Shown: piece by piece, positions 1 to 14,820 of the stretch
Layout: each line of letters opens with the position of its first letter
Numbering within the stretch: the first letter of the stretch is position 1
Assembly: GCF_009914755.1 (NCBI RefSeq)
Contig: NC_060926.1
Strand: one strand, 5' to 3'
DNA from: the human T2T-CHM13v2.0 reference genome, Homo sapiens
Length of the DNA: 64,000 nucleotides
Notes under the pieces: model-generated
Databases searched by the model: none
What the model saw: only the letters and a program-made list of their open reading frames with translations
Told to the model about the DNA's origin: nothing
Translations under genes and position numbers: made by a program

Positions 1-656
1 GACTCCTCTGCTCCACACCCCGAGGTGGCTCCTGCCTCTTGCAGAGGGGAAGCCTATGGCTCCGTAGAGGCCCGTGGGGCCAAGCGAGATCCACCTCCCT
101 TTCCTCAGCTCCTGGCCTTCTCCCTCTCATGCCCTCGGCTTCCATCACACCAGTCTTCCTACTGCTCTCCATACACCCCATGTTCTCCCACCACAGGGTA
201 TGTGCATATGCGGTGCCCTCTGCCCAGTATGTCTCCCTCCCCTCAGGTGTGCCCAAACCTCACCTTCCCTGAGCACCACCGCACCCCACCCCGGGAACCC
301 TGACCCCCAGGGCATCAGCACCAGCTGGTGGGCCATGCGGTTGCTGTGCTCACTGTCTAGTCCCCAGGGAGGGCAAGCACCACCAGGGCAGGCTCTTCCT
401 GCCCCCAGGGCCTGCCCAGCATCTGCCCAGAGGAGGCTGGTGAAAGGTGGCTCTCTGTTAGCACCCAGGGCACCTGGGGTGCTGTTCACATCTCACAGGT
501 GAAGGATGGGCCCGTGCAGGAGCTCAAGCCTGGTTCTGGGCTGGCTCCAGACCTGGCCCTGTCACCAGTCGGGACCACTGCATGGAGCCCGGCCCACCCG
601 CTCATAGAGGGCAGACTCCGAGCTGGGTCTGAGAAAGCCCTCAGTAGTGTCCTCAC

Positions 657-816
657 CTCATAGAAGAGCCCCTCGGGGAAGGGCCGGAAGCACTGGGCAC
701 ACACGAAGCAGTGCTCATGGTACAGCTCCCCATTGCTGTTGACAATGCGCTCGGCGGGGGAGAAGCGGGCCTGGCAGCGCTGGCACACGGCGTTGGCCAA
801 GGCGTCCGACATATTG
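657..816 (-). CDS. LIMS2: LIMS2 (PINCH-2) internal coding exon, LIM1 zinc finger (…[54 protein letters not shown])
   Basis: LIM-domain Cys/His spacing in a PINCH-type sequence; acceptor CCCCCAG|C at 817/816 and donor GAG|GTGAGG at 657/656; 160 nt, phase-2 entry. The gene continues off the left edge. Confidence 0.97.
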
Positions 817-1109
817 CTGGGGGCAGGAGACAGGAGGAGTGAGTCAGAGCTGGTCAGGGGTGCAGATGGGGCACACGCGGGGGCCTGCGCCCGACAGACA
901 CACCTCGTATTAAAAAGTGAAGACGCTCTGCAGGATCAGGAAAATCGCTCTAACCCAGGGTCCAGGCTGCTCAGTGCTTGTAGTGCCCACCCCTTGGGGT
1001 GTCAGGGGCCCAGTCAACTCCCACTTGGGCCCCTATTACCCCTTCTTCAGGGACCAGAGAGTCTCGCACACAGAACACCACCCAGCACAGGTGAGCGGCT
1101 CTGTATTCA

Positions 1110-1260
1110 CACTCTCATTTAATCCCCAGGGCAATACTGCAGCTACTATTATTATGGCCTCTTCCAGAAAAGGGACCTAAGCCTCAAAGAGGTTGAGTAA
1201 CTTGCCCAAGCTCACACAGCAGAGCGGGGTCCACACTTGAATCCAGACTGCTCAGTCTTC
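1110..1260 (-). mobile_element. MIR fragment (other MIR remnants near 5440-5520, 7160-7290, 27575-27775, 42740-42930, 53370-53520, 55690-55900, 57410-57550)
   Basis: MIR core-like AGAGGTTGAGTAACTTGCCCAAGCTCACACAGC. Confidence 0.65.
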
Positions 1261-1351
1261 CATGGTTCCATCCTCTGCACCATGAGTTAGTTTCAAACTG
1301 ACTGCCTCCAATAAACACATAACCACCCAAACACAGAGCAGGCAAGAGGGT

Positions 1352-1660
1352 AGCTGGGTGCGTGTGCAGAATGGCTCAAGCCTGTCATCCAGAGCACTGT
1401 GGGAGGCCAAGGTGGGCGGATCCCTTGAGCCCAGGAGTTCGAGACCAGCCTGGGCAATATGGCAAGAATCCATCTCTAATAAAAATACAAGAAAACAAAA
1501 AAATTAGCCAGGTGTGGTGGTGCAAGCCTGTAGTCTCAGCTACTCTGGAGGCTGAAGTGGGAGGATGGCTTGAGCCTGGGAGGCCGAGGCTGAGTGCCAC
1601 TGCACTCAGGCCTGGGCAACAGAGCAAGACCCTGTCTCAAAATAAAAAATAAATAAAAAA
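1352..1660 (+). mobile_element. Alu (J/S-like)
   Basis: Dimeric Alu with A-rich linker and tail. Confidence 0.9.
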
Positions 1661-3302
1661 GACAAGAGTATGAATCTTTGAGACGAGACGGGAGTGTGGT
1701 GAGGGGGAGCAAATCTCATCCATACTGGGCACTGCCTGTCCCCAGAGTCAGTGGTGGGTTTCCTTCTGGGAGGGGTGAAATGCGAACTACAGGGGAAAAG
1801 CCCACAGTGAGCCAGGCCCGCAATCAGTCCAGCCCCAGGGCCCTTCGGCACAGCCAGGAGGGGCCTTTTAGACTCAAAAACAGGGTCAGGATGTAGTCCT
1901 AAACACCCCAACTGCCTCTACGACCTTCAAAGAACCGGATACCCCACACCTTTTGCTAGGAAGGGAGAACGTGGGTTCTGTCTCAAGTGTCAACTCCAGT
2001 GGATTCCTGGAAGACTGGGCAGAGAGGGAGCATCAGGCTCGCTGGGGAGTGACGCAACCAGCTGGTAACGTCTGCCTGGTTGCAGCCGGGTGGTGGCAGG
2101 ACTCGAGTGCAGTGCCTTTGGGAATACCTCTCCGCCTGCTCTGCCTCCCAGGATGAATCCCACCCAGCAGTCACTGCCGCGACATCATGAGGGAAATGCT
2201 TGGTGAGTGAGGCTCCTGTCGGGCTGTTCTGCGGCCTGCAATCTGGGCAGGGCCAGTCTGAAGAGTGTCAACCACAGAGAAGAGGGGCCTTAGGATGAGT
2301 CCAGGGGTGGACGACAGGGCTGCGCTTAGGGTCTGGGCATGGGCTGTGGGCGGAGGGTCTCACAGGAGGCTGCTGCGAAATGGAGATGGACTGGAAACTT
2401 GAAAGGGGCACCCAGGCTGTCCTTTCTTCTCTGCTTAGGGACCCATGTGGCAGAGGCTGTCTGGAAGGCCATTCAACCAGGCTTTCTGGGCATGCTGGGC
2501 TTCTGTCCACCTTGGCCTGCCCTCTGGGGTGCTTAGGAGACCAAAGCCACCATGCGAGCCCACATTTAGGCCAGAGGGGCAAGGAAGCAAAGATGGTGGC
2601 AACAGGAGTTGGGAAGAAACCAAGAAGAAAGGAGGCCTCGGCACCCAGCGGCTGGTCCTCAGTGCTCCCAGCTCCCTGCTGGTCTCCACGGGGCGAGCCA
2701 GGCAGGCCACCAAGGTGGAGCCTGGCCGCCCCAAGCCACCCTCGAGGGCTGGGCAGGGCTTCACTAGGACAGGCTTGGTTTCCTTCCGGGAGAACACTGT
2801 GAACCTCCTCTTCTGAAACACACACCCAAGGTGGCAGGGAGGACATTCCAGTGCCTGCCCATGAGCGAGACCTTGGGAGTCTTAGAGAAGTCGGAAATCA
2901 ACAGGAAATCCCATGGCTCTGGGCCTGGAATTCCTCACTCCAAGGACCCAGAAAACGAAGCCAAATTAAGGACTTCCACCCAGCCCCAGCCTTTCAGATT
3001 CCGCCTTAAAGCCAGACCTCTAGACCCCAGTGAGTGAGCACACATCCCTCGCACCCCCTTCCAGGCTCCTGTTCTCTGCCTCCAGGAACTGCTGTTTAGG
3101 GCCTGCACCCACACGCCTGCCCCCTCTGGCTTCCAGCTGTGCTGACCCTACTCCCACGGGCCAGGTGCTGCTGGGACCTGTGACTTTCCTTGTGGTTATG
3201 GGCACTCCTGCCCTGCTAGCCCAGCTGCTTCACCACCCTTCCTCCCTCGCCGTTTCATAAACACACCCTCAACTAGCACTCCCCAGTTACCTTGCTTCCC
3301 AC

Positions 3303-4003
3303 TGAAAGGGGAAGCTGGCTGGGCTTCTGGTTGGGGTGGGGACTTGGAGAACTTTTCTGTCTAGCCAAAGGATTGTAAATGCACCAATCAGTGCTCTGTG
3401 TCTAGCTAAAGGTTTGTAAACACACCAATCAGCACTTGGTAAAAACTGACCAATCAGCACTCTATAAAATAGACCAATCAGCACTCTGTAAAATGGACCA
3501 ATCAGCAGGATGTGGGAGGGGCCAAATAAGGGAATAAAACCAGGCCACTCGAACCCACAGCAGCAACCAGTTGGGGTTCCTTTGCTTGGTGTGGAAAGTT
3601 TGTTCTTTTGCTCTTTGTAGTAGCTTTTGCTGCTGCACGTTCTTTGGGTCTGCGCCACCTTTATGAGCTGTAATGTTCACAGCGAAGGTCTGCAGTTTCA
3701 ATCCTGAAGCCAGCGAGACCATGAACCGACGGGGAGGAATCGTTTCGAGGAACAGATAATTCCGGATGTGCCACCTTTAAGAACTGTAACACTCAGTGGG
3801 AGGGTCTGAGCCTTCACTTCTGAAGTCAGTAAGACCACAACCCCACCGGAAGGAAGAAACTCCGGACATATCTGAACGTCTGAAGGATCAAACTCCAGAC
3901 ATACAGTCTTGAAGAACTGTAACACTCACCGTGAGGGTCCATGGCTTTATTGTTGAAGTCAGCGAGACCAAGAACCCACCAAAAGGAGCCAATGCTGGAC
4001 ACA
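3303..4003 (+). mobile_element. Solo LTR12-family (ERV9) LTR
   Basis: TG…GGACACA ends; tandem CCAATCAGC(A/T)CTCTG units; GAACTGTAACACTCA repeats typical of LTR12. Confidence 0.88.
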
Positions 4004-5804
4004 CCTGGTCAACCTGACAGCAGCCTGGCCACACACACTCTCCTCTACCTTCCGGCTCATCTTCCAGTTAGACCTGATAGCCAGTCTGTAAGCAGTTCCT
4101 CGGCTGGTCCCTGAATGCATCCAGGGAGATCATTGCTGCCTGTGGCCGACAGTATCGCACAAAGCGTGGCATAGGTGGGGGTGGGGGGGGCGGATGTGGG
4201 GGTGGCCACCTCCTTCCTGTGCCCAGGGGCTGCCCCAGCCCAAGTCACAGAGAGCCCCTAACAGCAGCTCTGTGAGGGAACATTCTGCTCCAAGAGCAAA
4301 GACGGGACAGACAGAAGCATGCAGAGACAACGGAGACACAGCACCATGAGAGAACACGCTTCCTGACTCCTGCAGGGGAGGAAGAGAGGCAGTGTGACAC
4401 AGAGAGGCCGGCAGAGGCCTGGGCCCAGCCGCTCAGCTCTACACGTGATAGCCCCAGCCACCAGCCTGGGACCTGGAGAGAGATGCTCGCTTCTGTAGGC
4501 CTCACGTTCTCTTTTGTAAAGAGGTGCACCAGAGAAACAGCCACATCGAGGAGCCAAAGTGAATGAATGGCACCCACGTGTCCAGCACAGAGCACCAGGC
4601 CAGGCAGGGCAAAGCGCTGGATAAGGAGAACTGTTGTTTTCCAGCAACTCTGGGAGCCTTCCAGAGTCCCTCTGCATGGCTCAGCCTAGGGGAAGGCCTG
4701 CAGGCTGCCTGCGGTCCCTGCGAGAGGTCAGAGGGTCAGAGACGTGGACATTCCATGTCCTCCTTTGCACATTCCTTCAAGATAGAGAGCACAGAGTCTG
4801 TCCAGTTATCCCCCAGGAGACACCACTACCCACCCCCAGCTGGACTACGTAGAACATACTGCCCAGGGCACACCCAGCCTGGAAGCCAAACCCCAGAGGT
4901 GGGGGAGAGCACACCATCTCATGCCCTTCCTCAGCCCTCTCCAGCACCCCAGAAGGCTCTCAGTTTTGACAGCCAATACAAGCCAATTTGTTGCAAGATG
5001 TCCCTGAGTCTGAGGTGGGATCAGAGGAGCCTGCTCTGTTCCAGGCCTTTGTATAAGGGGAGGAGGCTGGTTCCAGATAAGGAGATTGAAGCACAGAGAG
5101 AGTCAGTAACCAGCTGAGGGTCACAGAGGATTGGACTCATGTTCCTCCCATCTCCTCTTGGCATCCCCCATTCCGGATTCTGTTTCTTCAACAACCCCAG
5201 ACCTTCCTCCATCCCAGCCTTCCTGATATCTGAGTCAAGGAAGTGTGTGTAAGGATCTGGGAAGAGTTGGGGGCCAGCCACAAGAAGTCTGGTCACACCC
5301 AAGATGAGCAAGTGTTGCTGAGGCCACGTCGGCCTGAGCAGCAGTCAGACCAAGGGTGTGTCCCCTATAGCCAGGCACACCAGGCTGCAACCCTGGCCCC
5401 GACGCCCCCTGTCTGTGTGACCTGCAGCACAGGACTCTGAACCTCAACTTCCTCGTTTATAAAATGGGCCAGGAATAGCTACCTCCAGGGACTGTTGGGA
5501 GGGTTCAGTGAGGCCATTCCTGCAAGCACAGCCCATGCTTCTGTCCTCCTTCCAACGAAGTCCTCACTGAGCACCTGCACTGATAGGCACTATTCCAGAT
5601 GCAGAGGGTTTCGGGGAGGGACCCTACTGCAGCACAGCCCAGGGAGCAGCTCCAGTCCCTCAGCACTGCCTGGGCTTCCTCCCTGCCCCGCCTCCATGAA
5701 GCCAGCCAGAGGCCAGTGTCGGGTCACCTGGCCACATGAGGTCAACAAAAATGTACAAAAAGCCAGCCCACCATGGGGACGCTAGAAAATTAACATGCTG
5801 CCTG

Positions 5805-6067
5805 TTCTCACTCGTAGGTGGGAATTGAACATTGAGAACACATGGACACAGGAAGGGGAACATCACACACCAGAGGCTCTTGTGGGGTGGGGGGTGGGGG
5901 GTGGGGGGTGGGGGGAGGGATAGCATTAGGAGATATACCTAATGCTAAATGACGAGTTAATGGGTGCAGCAAACCAACATGGCACATGTATACATATGGA
6001 ACAAACCTGCAGGTTGTGCACATGTACCCTAAAACTTAAAGTCTAATAATAATAAAATAAAAAAGAA
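5805..6067 (+). mobile_element. 5'-truncated L1PA 3' end with 19-bp TSD
   Basis: L1PA 3'UTR (…GATAGCATTAGGAGATATACCTAATGCTAAATGACGAGTTAATGGGTGCAGC…); TSD AAAATTAACATGCTGCCTG at 5786-5804 and 6068-6086. Confidence 0.93.
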
Positions 6068-7389
6068 AAAATTAACATGCTGCCTGGGCTGCTATACACA
6101 AGATGCATTGACACCATCAGAAACAGACTCCAAATCAGTATGAAACCTGTCTGAAATTAGAGCTTTTTTGAAGCCCTTGCCATATCTCTTTGCTCTAGTG
6201 GCTTTTCTTTTAAGCAGGTACAACTGAAACATGTTACACTAACAACAAAGAACTGACAAAGGACATGAACCAGAAGTTCAAAGAAAAACAGTGTGAATAG
6301 TCACATGCGCATGCATGCTCAGGGCTGCCCCAGGCCTGTCATCATCGTGCCTGTCCTGCCTGCATCTCAGCTGTGGTATCAGTACTGTGAAAATCACTCC
6401 AGAACAGCCTTGGGGCCATCAGTGCCCTGGCCACTCGCAGCCTGGTACCACAGTTATGCCACACGCATCCAGGGCTGTCCAGAGGTTGACCAGGGAGGGT
6501 GCCTGCTCCAGCTCTGCCACACTCAGGTGAGTGACTTGGCCTCCTGAGTCTGGGGGTCCCCACCTGAACAGCAGGCTGCCCCAGACCTGCCATGCCAGCA
6601 CAAGCGGGAGCCCAGCATGCAGCAGGGACTCCACAGATGGCCGTGCTGCCGGCCTGCAGTTCCCGCCCTCCACTCGGTGCCCTCCTTCCTCTTCTGTTCT
6701 CAGCAAAAGATATCTTTGATGGCTCAGTCCTCTAATTGCCACTCTGGGAGCCTTCCCTGACCACACACAAGGAGCTGAGAGTGGGCTATGCTTGCCCTGG
6801 GTGGCACTGGCCTTCCTCTGCTCCTGGGTCCTCCAGGCCCTCCCCTACCTCTGCGACTTATGTTCCTGGCTCCCTCCCTGCCCCCCCGCCCCAGCCCTTC
6901 TGCCCAGCCTTGGCCTCCTCCCCAGGGTCCCTATCTGTCACCTTGATGCCAAGGACCCCAAGGTCACAGCCCTATTGCTCTCTCTTCCCCGCTGGCCCCT
7001 CGGCACTGCAAAGGCAACATTTTCAGGAGCTCCTCCTCATGCCCCTGACCCCAAGAGTGAGGGGAGGTGGCTCCACCACCATCCCCGTGCCCCTCCCAAC
7101 CTCCCCATCCAGAGCCAACTCATTCTCTGAGATGCCCTGAGGACCATCCTGAACCCCACTGCTGGAGTCAGTCTAACCTGGGTTCAAATCACAGCATAGC
7201 CATGTTTGGGGTGGGTGAGTCCAGCAGGTGTCTGCTCTGCTCAGAACCTGTCTGCTCATCTATAAAGTGCAGCATGATCACCCCCGTCTGAAAGCAGTGC
7301 TGGGGGCTACACAGGCTCCCTCGTCTCTAACATAGGTCCCTGGGCGCACCCTGCCAGGAGAGCTGATCACAGGTGACATCCAACCCTGT

Positions 7390-7900
7390 TAGATAAAGTC
7401 GCACGCGCCCACCCTGTCGCCAACCCAGGGCCCATCCGACGCCGGGGCAGAGCCCACGGCGTCGGAGGGCCCCGGTCGGGTTTCCGAGGGAAGGCCTGCC
7501 CTGCCGCCACAGCTTTCCGGCCATTGTCCCCGCCACCCGCCCCGCCCCTGGCCACCTACCCCGTGGCTGGCGGCGGGCTCTGCCGGTGCTGGCGCCGCCG
7601 GTACAGCCCCGACGCGGCCAGCGCACCCAGCCGGGCCGCCATGGCGCGGGGCAGCCGCCTTGAGGTCGCGGGCGCGGGCCGCCTGGTGCAGGGGCTATGG
7701 GACCACCTCGGAGGGGAGGCGCGGCCGCCTGGGGCCAGACACCAAGACGGGACGGGCGTGTGGGCGCCTCCCCCGCGCTGGTCGCGAGCTCACGTTACGC
7801 GCTGGGATCTCCAAAGGGCAGCAGAGTCAACTCCAAATAGAAAGGATATTGTTCGCGCCGCGGGGGCAGCTCCTGAAAGCTGAGGCTGGCGGGGGTTGGG
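7390..7900. promoter_or_regulatory. CpG island / alternative internal LIMS2 promoter
   Basis: CpG-dense segment around the MAARL first exon; GC boxes (CCCGCCCC ~7536-7548). Confidence 0.82.
7560..7642 (-). CDS. LIMS2: LIMS2 alternative first coding exon (MAARLGALAASGLYRRRQHRQSPPPATG)
   Basis: ATG at 7642 in GCGCCATGG Kozak context inside a CpG island; donor ACGGG|GTAGGT; 83 nt, phase 2, joins in frame to exon 657-816; matches the LIMS2 isoform N-terminus as I recall it. Confidence 0.9.
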
Positions 7901-9876
7901 TCCCGCTGGGAGGGGACTGGTCTGGGAAGGCCCCAGACAGCACTGAGGTGAGGTCCACAGTGGCGGCAGGACACCCAGGAGGTCTCCGGCTGCCACCTGC
8001 CAGGAGGAAAGCCTGTGCCCGTGGACACACTGAGGAGGGCAGAGTCAGCTGAGGAGGACAGGGAGGACCTGGCGCCTTTAGGATCCCTGCCAACAGTTAG
8101 GAAACCGAGGACCGGAGCCACACAGGCCCACATTCTGCTTTGCTCCCTTCTCTGAGACCCTCTGCCACAAACATCACCGTGGGGCACCCAGACCAGGGCA
8201 GAGCCGATCCTCTGGATCTGGCCAACAAATGGTCAGGCACCCCAAAAGAGGTCCTTATTTTAGAGAAAAGGCAATCCTCCAGCTTCCAGGGGAGCAGACG
8301 CAGAGGGACCTGGTGGCAACCACCAGGAAGGCACCATGTACCCCGCATTTTTACCCAGAGAGACTGGCAAAGTTACTTGTGATTCATAAACACCCGCGGT
8401 AGGCATCCAAACTGTGACCAAGGTAAGCCTGGTCAGCAGTACAATAAAGATCCAGAGCACTCATGGAAATCTTTAGCATTGATCCCATTTCCCTGAAAGA
8501 CCTTTCTAGAAAGGTCAGAAAGCTTGAGCAGTATCTTCTTCTGCCTTCTGAAAGCAAGAGCTGGCAGCCGTCACTAAAGACAGCAGGGCACTGATCCTCC
8601 CAAACTAGGGTGGGAGAAAGCCTTGGAGGGGCTCACTGGCATTCAGATACCAGGCCCACACGCCACTGAGGAACACACTCACCCAGCAAGTCCCAACAGG
8701 AGGAGGTACTCATTAAGCACCCTGGCAGTCAAGTGACGACAAGCATTGGGTACAGTATAATTTGTAAATGTAGTCCAATTCCAAAGTTGCCCAACACTGA
8801 TCAGTTCAACAAATAGTTTTTAAAGGTGGCCCCAGGGGCTAAAGGGCATGGAGAAGCTGAGCCCAGAGGAGCCAAAATGAATAGGGAATACCGCTGACTC
8901 TCTGATGTAGGTAGCCGAATGCTTAAGAAAACTTACACCGAAAATGTTCTTAACAGCAGCTACAAGTCAATGCCATAGGGCCTAGACCCTCTCACCACTC
9001 CCGACTCAGCCCATCCATGTGGAAATCCTCAACACTAGAATCCAGGACTCTCATGCAGACCCGCAGTTTTCTGTAAGGAGGAAACATTTATTTAGGGCTC
9101 CAAGGGTCACATATAGCACTGGAAAGGAGGCTACAGCCACAAGTGTTTTGTGCAACATAATCTGTAAATGAAGTTCAAGCACAAGTTTACCAAGTACTAA
9201 TCAATTCAACAAATATTTACTATAAAAGCGGACATCGAAGGCTAGAAATTGAGAGAGGCTTAGAGTCTGATTGAGCCCAAATCCCAAATCTCTGCACAAC
9301 CTTACCACCCATTCTGCAGCCTGTCCTGCTGCAGGGATGGGATTGGGAGCCACAGATACTGTAAACTGAATCTAGAACTCTATACAAAGTATTATACACC
9401 ATGACCAAATGGGATTTGGTTCAGTGCTCTGGCTCTAGATATTTGCAAAAACACCGAGAGTGATGTCAGCAGAAAGTGGTGGAGTAAGGACCTCCAGAAG
9501 TTCATCCCTCCATAAAAGCAATGAAAAACCTAGCAAAAATTATCAGAATCTACTCTTTCAGAACTCTGCAAATCCACCAAAGGTTTTCAGTAACCCTAGG
9601 AACATTTGGTCAAGAAAAACAGATGAATCTTGGTAAACAAACAAACAAACACAAACCAGTGAGGTTTGTGTTGTTTTAACTTATCCTAGTCCCTTATTCC
9701 TGCTCCCTAACTCCATGGCTTCCTTGAATAATAATAGCTCGTGGTCCCAGTAAGGAGGTAGCAGAATGGAATATTATGAACAACTGTATGCCAATAAATG
9801 AAATAACCTACTGAAATGGAGAGATTCCTAGAAGGACACTACCAAAACGAACTCAAGAAGAAATAGAAAATCCAAA

Positions 9877-10250
9877 TGTATCAGTCTAAATTTTCATACT
9901 GCTATTAAGAACTTCATGAGACTCGGTAAATTATAAAGGAAAGAGGTTTAATCGACTCACAGTTGAACAGGGCTGGGGAGGACTCAGGAAACTTATAGTC
10001 GTGGCAGAAGGCAAAGGGGAATCAAGGCACCTTCTTCACAAGGTGGCAGGAAGAAATACCAAGCAAAGGGGGATGAGCCCCTTATAAAACCAGCAGATCT
10101 TGTGAGAACTCACTATCACAAGAACAGCATGGGGGGAAACACCCCCATGATTGAATGACCTCCACCTGGTCTCTCCCTTGACACGTGGGGATTATAGGGA
10201 TTACAATTCAAGATGAGATTTAGTTGGGGACACAAAGCCTACCCAAATCA
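9877..10250 (-). mobile_element. THE1-type MaLR solo LTR
   Basis: …GAGGTTTAATCGACTCACAG…CTTGACACGTGGGGATTATAGGGATTACAATTCAAGATGAGATTT… matches the THE1 LTR. Confidence 0.85.
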
Positions 10251-10402
10251 CTTAGTAAGGCCAGTAACATGTAAAGAGACTGAGACAGTAACCAAAAAAC
10301 TTGTCACAAAGTAAAGCCAGAGCGACATGGCTTCACTGATGAATTATATCAAAGGTTTAACTAGAATTAACACCAAACCTACAAACAAACATACAAAACA
10401 CC

Positions 10403-10639
<237 letters not shown>

Positions 10640-11640
10640 TCATTCTATAAATATTATCTTGATCTCAAAATAAAATGCTAAAGTCACATAGATGCAAATG
10701 TCCTCGATAAAATACAATAAATCTAACACTCTATAAAAAGTATTATACACCGTGACCAAATGGGATTTATCCCAAGAACATAGGGTTGGTTTCACATCCA
10801 AAATTCAATGTAATATACCATATCAATAGAATATAGGGAGGACACTCTATGACCATCTCAACAGATGCAGAAAACACATTTGGCAAAATCCAACATCTTT
10901 TCATAATAAAAGCACCCAACAAACTGGGAATAGAAGGGAACTTCTTCAATTTGATAAGGGGCATCTACCCAAAACCCATAGCTAACATCATACTTAGTGA
11001 TGAGAAAATGAATGCTTTCCTCCTAAGGTCAGGGGGATTTCCAGTCCGCTATTTGTTTTCAACATTGCACTGCAGATTCTATCAAGGACAGTTAGACAAG
11101 AAAAAGAAATAAAAGACATCTAGTTTGAGAAGGAAGAGTAAAACTATTTTTATTTACATATTACATACTCATATATAGAAAACTCGGAAGAATCCCTCCT
11201 CAAAAAAAGAAACCCTATTTACAGATAAGAAATGAGTTCAGTAAGTCTGCAAGGTATACACTCAATATACCAGAATCGCTAGCAATGAGAAATCTGAATA
11301 TGAAATAAAACAACCCCATTTGGGACAGCATCAAAATGAATAAAATACTTAGGAGTAAGTTTAACAAAATAAATGCAAGACTTCTTATTCACTGAAATTA
11401 TAAAACATTATTGATATAAATTAAAGAAGACCTAAATAAAGATATCCCATGTTCATGGATTGGAAAACTTAATATTGTTAAGATGGCAATACAACACTAC
11501 ATCAAATTGACCTATAGATTCAATACAATCTCCATTAAAATTCCTGCCTTTTTTAAAGAAATAGACAAGGCATTCCTAAAATTTATATGAAAATGCAAGT
11601 GACACAGAATAATCAAAACAACTTTAAAAAAAAACAAAGA

Positions 11641-11967
<327 letters not shown>

Positions 11968-12058
11968 TTACAATTTACTTACTAAAAAATTGTAAGTGTG
12001 GCAGTGGTGTAAGGATAGACATATACACCCATAGAACAGAACCAAGAGTCCAGAAATA

Positions 12059-12333
12059 GGCTGGGTGCAGTGGCTCACGCCTATAATCCCAGTACTTTGG
12101 AAGGCTGAGGCAGGCAGAGCCCAGGAATTCAAGACCAGCCTGGGCAACATGGCAAAATCTCATCTCTACAAAAAATACAGAAAGTAGCCAGGTGTGGTGG
12201 TGTGTACCTGTGGTTCCAGCTACTCAGGAGGCTCAGGTAGGAGGATCACCTGAGCCCAGGGAGGTTGAGACTGCAATGTACCAAGATCTTGCCACTGCAC
12301 TCCAGCCTGGGTGAAAGAGTGAAACCCTGTCTC
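12059..12333 (+). mobile_element. AluJ-like, lacking a poly-A tail
   Basis: Alu body flanked by TSD AGAGTCCA(G/A)AAATA. Confidence 0.85.
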
Positions 12334-12672
12334 GAGAGTCCAAAAATAATCCCATATATTTGTGGTCAACTGATTTTTGACAAGAGTGCCAAGACCATTC
12401 AATGGGGCGAAGAGTAGTCTTATCAACAAATGATGCTAGGACAACTGGATAGCTACATGCTAACAGTATAAAACTCCTAGAAGAAAACAGATGTTTTCAT
12501 TTCATGAGCCAGGATTAGGCAATAGTTTCCTAAACATGACAAAAAAAACTCAAGCAACTAAAGAATAAGGAAATAAATTGGATTTCATTAAAAGTTAAAA
12601 CGTGTGTATCAAACGACACAATCAAGAAAGTGAAAAGATGATCCACAGAAAAGGAAAAAATATTTGTAAATC

Positions 12673-12978
<306 letters not shown>

Positions 12979-14390
12979 TCATATGTCTGAGAAGTGTCTA
13001 GTATTCAAATAAATAAGGAACTCTTACAATTCAACAATAAAAAGACAACCCGATTTAAAAAATGGGCAAAGAGTTTGAATGGACATTTTTCCAAAGAGGA
13101 TTTACAAGTGGCCAACAGATACATGAAAAGATGCTCAACATTATCAGTCATTAGGGAAATGGAAATCAAAACCACAATATGACACCACTTCACACCTACT
13201 AAACCGGACAACAATAACAAGCATCAGCAAGGATGTCGGGAAATTGGAACCTTCATACATTCCTGGTGTAAAATTTAATAAATGTAAAATTGTTCAATTA
13301 CTTGGAAAACAGCTTGATAATTCCTCAAAAAGTTTAACATAGAGTTACCATATGCCAGCAATTCCAGTCCTAGGTATATATTCAAGGAGAAAATGTATGT
13401 TCACACCAAAACTTGTATGGGAATGTTCATAGCAGTATTATTCACGGTAGCCAAAAAGTGGAAACAATGCAAATGTCTACCACGGATGAAGGAAGAAACA
13501 AACTATGGCACAATGGAATATTATTCACCCAGAAAAAGGAATGAAGTACTGATTCATGCTACAATATACGGATGAATCTTGGAAATATGTTGTTAATAAA
13601 TGAAAGAAGCCAGGCACAAAAGGCTATATAATATATGGCTCCATTTATGTGAAATGTCCAGAACAGACAAATCTGTAGAGACAGAAGGCAGGTTACTGGT
13701 GGCCAGGGCTGGGAGGAGGGGGAAATGAGGACTGTCTGCAAATGAGTACAAGGTTTCTTTTAGGAATGATTAAAATGTTCTGGAATTAATGGTGATGGTT
13801 GCACAGCCTTGTGAATGCACGAAAAACCACTGAATTTTACAATCTAAAGTGGTGAATTTAATAATATGTGAACTATGTCTCAGATTTTAAAAAACACGTG
13901 AGTAATGAAGAATGCAACTACATGGCTTCTTAGAGGCTGGAACTGAGGCCCCAAGCTATGAGGCAGGGCTGCCTCCCCAAGGCCCTGGGGCACGTGCCCT
14001 CAGCCCAGTGGGCAGAGGCAGAGACGGACAGAGGCAGAGATGCCACAAACAGGCTGTCCTCCAGAGCCAGCTCCCCCACCAGACTCCTCGCTGGGAGGCT
14101 GAAGACAACTCCATGAGTTTCCCGTGTATTCCTCCAAGGACGTGGGTGAGGACACAGTAGGTTTTATGTTCATATGTGTATTCAGTCACCTCATCTCAGC
14201 AAGACATATGCATTCACTCATGGAGGTATCTCACTAGGGTGGTCATCCTGCTAAGTCATCTAAGTAAATATTCACCTTCAGAAATGTACACGCTACACCT
14301 CAACAGAACAAGCAAGACAGTGACAGTGCCTCCCTTGGCCCCTTTCCCACCTGGAAGTGAAGACCTAAGGGATGGTTAAGCCTGCATGCA

Positions 14391-14820
<430 letters not shown>

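Noticed and set aside
1252-1652. Alu-derived ORFs here and throughout the window ([13 protein letters not shown]-type peptides)
   Set aside because: Generic Alu translations, not genes.
3370-3510. Short interspaced repeats resembling a CRISPR-like array
   Set aside because: These are the LTR12 CCAAT enhancer units; the sequence is human and there are no unique spacers or cas genes.
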